DNA of 39,440 bases from Nitrospirota bacterium (GTDB lineage: Bacteria; Nitrospirota; Thermodesulfovibrionia; Thermodesulfovibrionales; JdFR-85). The DNA is taken from positions 1-39,440 of the forward strand of contig JAADGU010000089.1 of assembly GCA_013152195.1 (NCBI GenBank), read 5' to 3'. Under the pieces are notes generated by a model, which was not told the origin of the DNA, ran no database searches, and saw nothing but the letters and a program-made list of their open reading frames with translations. The number at the start of each line of letters is the position of its first letter. Within the stretch, counting starts at the first letter, position 1. Shown here one piece after another: positions 34,161 through 39,440 of this stretch. Made by a program: the position numbers and the translations under genes.

Positions 34161-34670
34161 ATGTCAGTGCTTGAAATAAAGAAATATCCGGCCCCTGTAT
34201 TAAAAAAGAAGGCCCTTTCTGTAGAGAATATAGACGGGGCACTGCAGGAACTTATTGACAATATGATAGATACCATGTATGATGCCCCCGGCATTGGTCT
34301 GGCCGCACCCCAGGTTGGTGTCTCCAGGAGGGTTATAGTTGTGCATGTGAATCTGAAGGAGGAATCGCACCCGCTGATAGTCCTTATAAATCCTGAAATA
34401 GTTCAGGTTGAGGGCAAGGTCGTCTCAGAGGAAGGCTGTCTGAGTGTTCCGGGTTATGTGTCGAATATTGAACGGGCCGGGATTGTACTTGTAAAGGGTC
34501 TTGACCGGGAAGGCAGACCCGTGGAGGTTGAGGCGGAAGATCTGCTGGCAAGGGCGCTTCAACATGAGATAGACCATCTTAACGGGATTCTTTTCGTTGA
34601 CAGAATGAGCCCGATAAAGAGGGAATTTTTCAGGAAACGCTACCTTAGAAGGCTGAAGGAAACAGCCTGA
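34161..34670 (+). CDS. def: Peptide deformylase
   Basis: Three signature motifs: 'GIGLAAPQVG', 'EGCLSVPG', 'QHEIDHLNG'. Confidence 0.95.
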   Translation: MSVLEIKKYPAPVLKKKALSVENIDGALQELIDNMIDTMYDAPGIGLAAPQVGVSRRVIVVHVNLKEESHPLIVLINPEIVQVEGKVVSEEGCLSVPGYVSNIERAGIVLVKGLDREGRPVEVEAEDLLARALQHEIDHLNGILFVDRMSPIKREFFRKRYLRRLKETA

Positions 34671-34695
34671 AATGTTTTTATACAGGAAAATCTAT

Positions 34696-34961
34696 CCGCA
34701 GATTTCACAGATTACGCAGATTTTTTTATTTTAAAGTTGATGAAATTTTAAAAAACCGGAAAGCTCCGTTCTTTGTCATTGCGAGCGGAGCGAAGCAATC
34801 TCTAACCGTCTGATCTTAGAACAGATTGCTTCGTCGCTTTACTCCTCGCAATGACAGTGATGGACTTTTTATGAGGATATCAAAATTAACGAACAGGCTT
34901 TTTAAAGACAAATCTCAGGGGTTAGTGCTTTTTCTGAGTCCTGTATCCGTGTAATCTGCGG
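34696..34961. mobile_element. MITE-like non-autonomous element (266 bp) bounded by 17-bp imperfect inverted repeats, inserted in the def-fmt spacer
   Basis: 'ccgcagatttcacagat' (34696-34712) matches the reverse complement of 'atccgtgtaatctgcgg' (34945-34961) at 15/17. It has no coding capacity and contains a nested palindrome. No clear target-site duplication was seen. Confidence 0.5.
34774..34856. repeat. Long imperfect palindrome (REP-like hairpin) 'tgtcattgcgag...cgaagcaatct / agattgcttcg...ctcgcaatgaca'
   Basis: 12-bp outer stem and 11-bp inner stem, separated by an asymmetric internal loop. Additional tctaa/ttaga pairing lies near the apex. Confidence 0.8.
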
Positions 34962-34994
34962 ACTAAAAAGTGAGTTAACTAAATTGAACCCGGT

Positions 34995-35936
34995 ATGGCG
35001 ATAATCTTCTTTGGCACTCCATTATTTGCAGTTCCTGCACTTGAAAAGCTGATATCTTCAGGGGAAGATGTTGTGCTCGTTGTGACACAGCCTGACAGGG
35101 TTGGCGGGAGAGGGCACAGGATTATCCCGCCTCCGGTAAAGGCCGTGGCTGAGAGGGAAGGGCTTGCAGTTGCTCAGCCCGAGAGTATAAGATCTGAGGA
35201 TTTCATAAACAGGCTGAAGGCTCTTAACCCTGAGTTTATAGTTGTTGTGGCATATGGCAGGATACTTCCAAAGAGTGTGCTTCAGATTCCCCTGAGGGGC
35301 TGCATCAATGTCCATGCCTCATTATTGCCCAGACACAGGGGGGCAGCGCCTATCCAGTGGGCTATTATCAGCGGAGACAAAAAGACCGGCATTACAACAA
35401 TGCTGATGGATGAAGGCCTTGACACAGGGGATATACTCCTTCAGAGAGAGGTGGATATTAGGGAAGAGGATAATGCGCGTACACTCTCGGAAAGACTCTC
35501 TTTTGTGGGTGCTGAACTCCTTGTAGAGACACTGAGTGGGTTACGGACCGGTAAGTTAAAGCCCCGTCCCCAGCAAGGCGAGCCGAGTTATTCCCCGATA
35601 TTGAAAAAAAATGACGGACTGATTGACTGGACCCTGTCGGCCAGGATGATTTATAACAGGGTAAGGGGTCTCTATCCATGGCCGTGTGCATATACGTATT
35701 ACAGAAAAAAGATGCTTAAACTGCTTAAGGTGGAGGTAATTGAGGGACACGGACAGCCGGGAGAGGTAGTGCATAAGGACAAGGGAGAGTTGATTGTAGC
35801 TACCCCTGAGGGCCTTGTAAAAATACTCGAGGTTCAGATGGAAGGCAGAAAACCTATGGATATTAAGGCCTTTTTGCAGGGCACTGGGAGAGACATCAGG
35901 AAGGGAGACAGGTTTGGCGGGTTACAGGATAATTAG
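34995..35936 (+). CDS. fmt: Methionyl-tRNA formyltransferase
   Basis: 'IIFFGTPLFAVPAL', 'VVTQPDR', 'NVHASLLPRHRGAAPIQWAI', about 313 aa. Confidence 0.9.
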   Translation: MAIIFFGTPLFAVPALEKLISSGEDVVLVVTQPDRVGGRGHRIIPPPVKAVAEREGLAVAQPESIRSEDFINRLKALNPEFIVVVAYGRILPKSVLQIPLRGCINVHASLLPRHRGAAPIQWAIISGDKKTGITTMLMDEGLDTGDILLQREVDIREEDNARTLSERLSFVGAELLVETLSGLRTGKLKPRPQQGEPSYSPILKKNDGLIDWTLSARMIYNRVRGLYPWPCAYTYYRKKMLKLLKVEVIEGHGQPGEVVHKDKGELIVATPEGLVKILEVQMEGRKPMDIKAFLQGTGRDIRKGDRFGGLQDN

Positions 35937-36438
35937 GGGCTTTGTTCTCAAGGTGCTTTATCCCGTCTTTATGCTCCTGTCTGCATTCAGGAAGGACAAA
36001 AAGGAAGCCCTGCAGCGGCTGATTATCAATATGAACAACAGCCTCGTAATCAGGGAACGGCACAAGACAAAGAAGATACTTCTGCTCCTTCCGCATTGCA
36101 TCCAGGTAGATAAATGCGAGATCAGACTGACCCATAACATACATAACTGCAAGAGATGCGGAAAGTGCGAGATTAAGGACCTTATAGAGCTGGCTGATGA
36201 TTTCGGACTGACCCTCTTTGTAGCTACTGGTGGAACACTTGCAAGGAGGATCGTAATGGATGCAAAACCTGAGGCAATAGTTGCTGTTGCCTGTGAGAGA
36301 GACCTTTCGAGCGGCATTGTTGATACATATCCAATGCCGGTGCTTGCAATCTCAAACGAGAGACCTTTTGGTCCCTGTTATAATACACAGGTGAGCCTTG
36401 AAAAGGTTAAGGATGCCATAAAGACTTTCTGCTCATAA
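35914..36438 (+). CDS. DUF116-family protein (cysteine-rich, conserved downstream of fmt)
   Basis: 'LLLLPHCIQ', 'CKRCGKCEI', 'ATGGTLARR', 'VAVACERDL', 'GPCYNT'. The start is uncertain: TTG 35914, GTG 35953 or ATG 35971. Confidence 0.65.
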   Translation: MAGYRIIRGFVLKVLYPVFMLLSAFRKDKKEALQRLIINMNNSLVIRERHKTKKILLLLPHCIQVDKCEIRLTHNIHNCKRCGKCEIKDLIELADDFGLTLFVATGGTLARRIVMDAKPEAIVAVACERDLSSGIVDTYPMPVLAISNERPFGPCYNTQVSLEKVKDAIKTFCS

Positions 36439-36468
36439 GCTTGGTTATGATATAATTCAGGGATTGAA

Positions 36469-36547
36469 GAGTTGGAGTGTTGGAGATCTGGAGGATTGGA
36501 GGACTGGATTTTTTCATTACTCCATTACTCCAACTCTCCATCACTCC
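36469..36547 (+). repeat. GGAG-periodic arm, T-rich loop and CTCC-periodic arm: a long imperfect hairpin region upstream of osmC
   Basis: 'gagttggagtgttggagatctggaggattggaggactgg', then 'attttttc', then 'attactccattactccaactctccatcactcc'. There is a 10-bp perfect core (36469-36478 with 36527-36536). Confidence 0.7.
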
Positions 36548-36566
36548 GTATTAGATTCTTGAGGAG

Positions 36567-36989
36567 GTGGATATGGAAGCAACAATAAAATATGTTGATG
36601 GACTCAGGTTTGTTGCAGAGGGCGCTACAGGGCACTCTGTTGTTATGGATGGAGACCCCCAGTTTGGTGGTGAGGATTCCGCGCCGAGGCCGACAGAGTT
36701 TGTCCTCATGGGGCTTGGTGGTTGCACGGCCATGGATGTTATCTCTATTCTCAGGAAAAAGAGGCAGGAAGTTACAGGATTTGAGATAGAGGTGCAGGGC
36801 AAAAGGGCGGATGCACATCCCAAGAAATTTACGGACATAAACCTGCATTACACTGTACGGGGCAAGAATATCTCTGAGGATGCTGTTAAAAAGGCTATAA
36901 ATCTATCAATGGAGAGGTACTGTTCGGTAAAGGCTACACTTGAAGGTGTGGCAAAGATTACATATTCCTACAAGGTGATACAGGAGTAA
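36567..36989 (+). CDS. OsmC/Ohr-family peroxiredoxin-like protein
   Basis: '[11 protein letters not shown]', 'RYCSV', about 140 aa. SD GAGGAGG. Confidence 0.85.
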   Translation: MDMEATIKYVDGLRFVAEGATGHSVVMDGDPQFGGEDSAPRPTEFVLMGLGGCTAMDVISILRKKRQEVTGFEIEVQGKRADAHPKKFTDINLHYTVRGKNISEDAVKKAINLSMERYCSVKATLEGVAKITYSYKVIQE

Positions 36990-37005
36990 AGATTCCGAAC
37001 CCGTT

Positions 37006-37980
37006 ATGCTTTTCTACCTCGGTAAACGTATAACAGAGATATTTGTCACGCTGATAGGGATTACCCTCCTGTCATTCTTTATAATCCACCTTGCACCGGG
37101 TAAGCCTACAGATGTGTTGACCGATCTGAATCCCAAGATAACCCCTGAGGCAAGGGAGCGGCTTGAGAAGTACTATGGCCTTGACAAGCCCATAATCGTA
37201 CAGTACCTTTTATGGGCAAAGAGGGTTGTAAAGCTGGACTTTGGGGACTCCTTCTCCACTGACAGACGTCCTGTATGGGAAAAGATAAAGGAGAGGGTCC
37301 CTGTTACTGTATCAATAAACCTTCTCAGTATGCTGCTGATATTTGTGATAGCCATACCCGTTGGCATCTCTTCGGCAACGCGACAGTACTCCCTGTATGA
37401 CAAGATAACCACGGTAGGGGTCTTTCTTGGATTTGCAATGCCGGCCTTCTGGCTTGGCATACTGCTGATGATGCTCTTTGGGGTTTATCTGCAATGGCTG
37501 CCCATCTCCGGCCTTAAGTCCATGAACTACGAAACCCTGTCTGCCGGAGGCAAGGTCCTTGATCTTGCAAAGCACCTTGCACTGCCGGTCTTTGTATCTG
37601 CCTTTGGCGGTATTGCCGGTATATCCAGATACATGCGCAGCAGTATGCTTGAGGTTATCAGGCAGGACTACATTATTACGGCAAGGGCAAAGGGGCTGCC
37701 GGAAAGCAGGGTTATCTACAGACACGCATTGAGAAATGCACTTCTTCCTATCATTACACTGCTCGGGTTATCTGTTCCGGGCTTGATAGGAGGGAGCGTA
37801 ATATTTGAACAGATATTCAGTATTCCGGGTATGGGCCAGCTATTCTGGATGTCGGTAATGCAGAGGGATTATCCGCTGATAATGGGACTTCTCACCATTG
37901 GTGCCATACTCACACTGATCGGCAACATGCTTGCAGATCTCTGTTATGCAGTAGTTGACCCAAGGATAAGGAGGAAATAG
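37006..37980 (+). CDS. ABC transporter permease, oligopeptide/dipeptide type (OppB/DppB-like)
   Basis: 6-TM pattern. EAA loop '[25 protein letters not shown]'. Confidence 0.85.
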   Translation: MLFYLGKRITEIFVTLIGITLLSFFIIHLAPGKPTDVLTDLNPKITPEARERLEKYYGLDKPIIVQYLLWAKRVVKLDFGDSFSTDRRPVWEKIKERVPVTVSINLLSMLLIFVIAIPVGISSATRQYSLYDKITTVGVFLGFAMPAFWLGILLMMLFGVYLQWLPISGLKSMNYETLSAGGKVLDLAKHLALPVFVSAFGGIAGISRYMRSSMLEVIRQDYIITARAKGLPESRVIYRHALRNALLPIITLLGLSVPGLIGGSVIFEQIFSIPGMGQLFWMSVMQRDYPLIMGLLTIGAILTLIGNMLADLCYAVVDPRIRRK

Positions 37981-37983
37981 GAA

Positions 37984-38823
37984 TTGAGCGGTATCTTCTA
38001 TGAGAGGTTCGGTCATAATAAACTGGCCGTGGCAGGGAGTGTGCTTGTGGCCCTCCTCTTTCTTACGGCACTGCTTGCACCTGTAATCTCCCCCTATGAA
38101 CCGGATTATATTGACAGATACCATGTTCTTGAACCACCGGGCAGGCTTCATCCACTCGGTACTGACGATATTGGAAGGGATGTGCTGAGCAGGATGCTTT
38201 ATGGAGCAAGGGTTTCATTGTCTGTCGGTTTTGTGGCTGTTGGCATTGCAACGTTTATTGGAATGATAATGGGTGCTGTTGCCGGCTACTATGGGGGTAT
38301 AGCGGACAGGTTAATCATGAGGTTTGTGGATGTGATGCTGTCAATACCGTCATTCTTCTTCATCCTTGCAGTAATAGCCTTTGTTGGCCCCAGTATATGG
38401 AATATTATGATCATCATAGGAATAACCTCATGGATGGGGGTGGCCCGGCTTGTAAGGGCGGAGTTTCTTACCCTGAAGTCAAGGGAGTACATCCTTGCTG
38501 CAAGGGCGATAGGCGCATCGAACATGAGAATAATACTCAGGCATATGCTGCCGAACAGCCTTGCACCCGTAATAATCTCGGCAGTGCTTGGTGTTGCGTC
38601 AGCAGTGCTCCTTGAGTCATCGCTGAGTTTTCTCGGCCTTGGAGTTCAGCCGCCTATGCCGAGCTGGGGAAACATTCTTACAGCTGGCAAGGCCAATATC
38701 GAGATTGCATGGTGGCTTTCTGTCTTTCCCGGGGTGGCCATACTGATTACAGTGCTTTCCTATAACCTCCTTGGCGAGGGACTGAGAGATGCCCTGGACC
38801 CAAGATTGTGGGAGAGGCGATGA
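37984..38823 (+). CDS. ABC transporter permease, oligopeptide/dipeptide type (OppC/DppC-like)
   Basis: 'HPLGTDDIGRDVLSR', EAA loop 'AARAIGASNMRIILRHMLPN'. TTG start. Confidence 0.85.
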   Translation: MSGIFYERFGHNKLAVAGSVLVALLFLTALLAPVISPYEPDYIDRYHVLEPPGRLHPLGTDDIGRDVLSRMLYGARVSLSVGFVAVGIATFIGMIMGAVAGYYGGIADRLIMRFVDVMLSIPSFFFILAVIAFVGPSIWNIMIIIGITSWMGVARLVRAEFLTLKSREYILAARAIGASNMRIILRHMLPNSLAPVIISAVLGVASAVLLESSLSFLGLGVQPPMPSWGNILTAGKANIEIAWWLSVFPGVAILITVLSYNLLGEGLRDALDPRLWERR

Positions 38824-39440
38824 ACAATAAACTTCTTCTCTTTGATATTGACGGAACCCTGGTCGATACAGGACGGGCTGGTACGAGGGCACAAGGTCTT
38901 TCTAAATCACTTTGGCATCAGGGATGCATTTAATGGGATCAGGATGGCCGGCAAAACCGATATCCAGATAATCAGGGAATGCCTGAGTGTGCACGGGATA
39001 CCTGACAGTATTGATGAGATAAATGGGATGGTGCGAATGTATATTGATTTGTTAACTGAAGAGATAGAGAATCCGTGGCGAAGTGTTATGCCCGGGGTTG
39101 TTGATCTTCTTGAAACCCTCAAGGCAGACGGAACCCCCATGGGGCTGTTAACCGGCAATATAGAGAAAGGTGCGAGGATAAAGCTTGACGCCTTTGGTCT
39201 TAATCAGTATTTTTCAGCAGGAGCATTTGGCAGTGACCATGAAGACAGGGATATGCTGTTGCCGATTGCGGTGGAGAGGTTCTCCGCTCTTGGCATAAAC
39301 ATTCCTCCTGAAAAGTGTATTGTTATAGGTGATACCCCAAGGGATGTGAGGTGTGCCATGGTTCACGGTGCCTCATGCATTGCCGTTAGCACGGGGTCTT
39401 ACAACAGGGAGGCACTTATTGAAGCAGGTGCAGACCTTGT
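38820..39440 (+). pseudogene. HAD-superfamily hydrolase (phosphoglycolate-phosphatase-like). It runs off the window end and its frame is interrupted near 38887-38889.
   Basis: Frame A reads 'MNNKLLLFDIDGTLVDTGRAGTRA' and stops at 38931. The +1 frame continues 'HKVFLNHFGIRDAFNGIRMAGKTD...LLTGN...VIGDTPRDV'. Its ATGA overlaps the permease stop. Confidence 0.7.

Noticed and set aside
1-39440. Search by eye for tRNA (T-loop GTTCGAATC-like), rRNA, tmRNA, RNase P, SRP RNA, CRISPR repeats, transposases, integrases other than XerC, and DnaA-box clusters.
   Set aside because: None found. The closest items were 'cctggtcaagtgccgg' (reverse strand near 35-50) versus the SRP motif, and a single 7/9 DnaA-box-like 'tcatccacg' at about 345. 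Both are too weak. A proper Infernal/tRNAscan run would be needed to exclude these features formally.

Overview
This is a gene-dense 39.4-kb chromosomal segment with about 40 protein genes. I saw no rRNA, tRNA, CRISPR array, transposase or phage gene by eye.

The gene content suggests an anaerobic, non-proteobacterial bacterium, though the lineage cannot be fixed from sequence alone. It includes futalosine-pathway radical-SAM genes (mqnC/mqnE), hydrogenase maturation genes (hypF/hypD), a BCR/HAD-type ATPase + dehydratase-like module, an FmdE-like protein, and a Firmicute-style trmFO-xerC-hslV-hslU block. The rest is mostly housekeeping: coaE, slt, argB, yjgA, rlpA, def-fmt-DUF116, mazG, hsp20, cfa, osmC and opp-type permeases.

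I found no clear-cut novel defence or mobile system. The observations most worth follow-up are:
1. A split two-ATPase + DUF2229-type BCR/HAD module sits in an operon with a lipase-like hydrolase, a coiled-coil protein and an unannotated 28-aa bS22-like basic micro-ORF. It may be a PlsA/PlsR- or Ger-like lipid ester reductase.
2. A thioredoxin-reductase homologue keeps the FAD and CxxC motifs but lacks both NADPH-binding signatures.
3. Three conserved genes (hypF, trmFO, a HAD hydrolase) are each broken by an apparent 1-nt insertion in a short homopolymer. A possible fourth indel lies between the two ATPase genes. This looks more like assembly error than biology.
4. A 266-bp MITE-like element with 17-bp inverted ends and a nested long palindrome sits in the def-fmt spacer. 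Related ATCTGCGG repeats occur in the ORF-free first 0.8 kb, and a solo internal fragment occurs elsewhere.
5. A sigma70-like promoter plus an orphan intrinsic terminator lie just upstream of cfa, suggesting an attenuator or sRNA.
6. A GGAG/CTCC-periodic hairpin region lies in front of osmC.
7. In-frame micro-repeats occur inside mqnC and hypF.
8. Extended -10 boxes lie 5-6 nt upstream of the def and hypF start codons, suggesting leaderless mRNAs.
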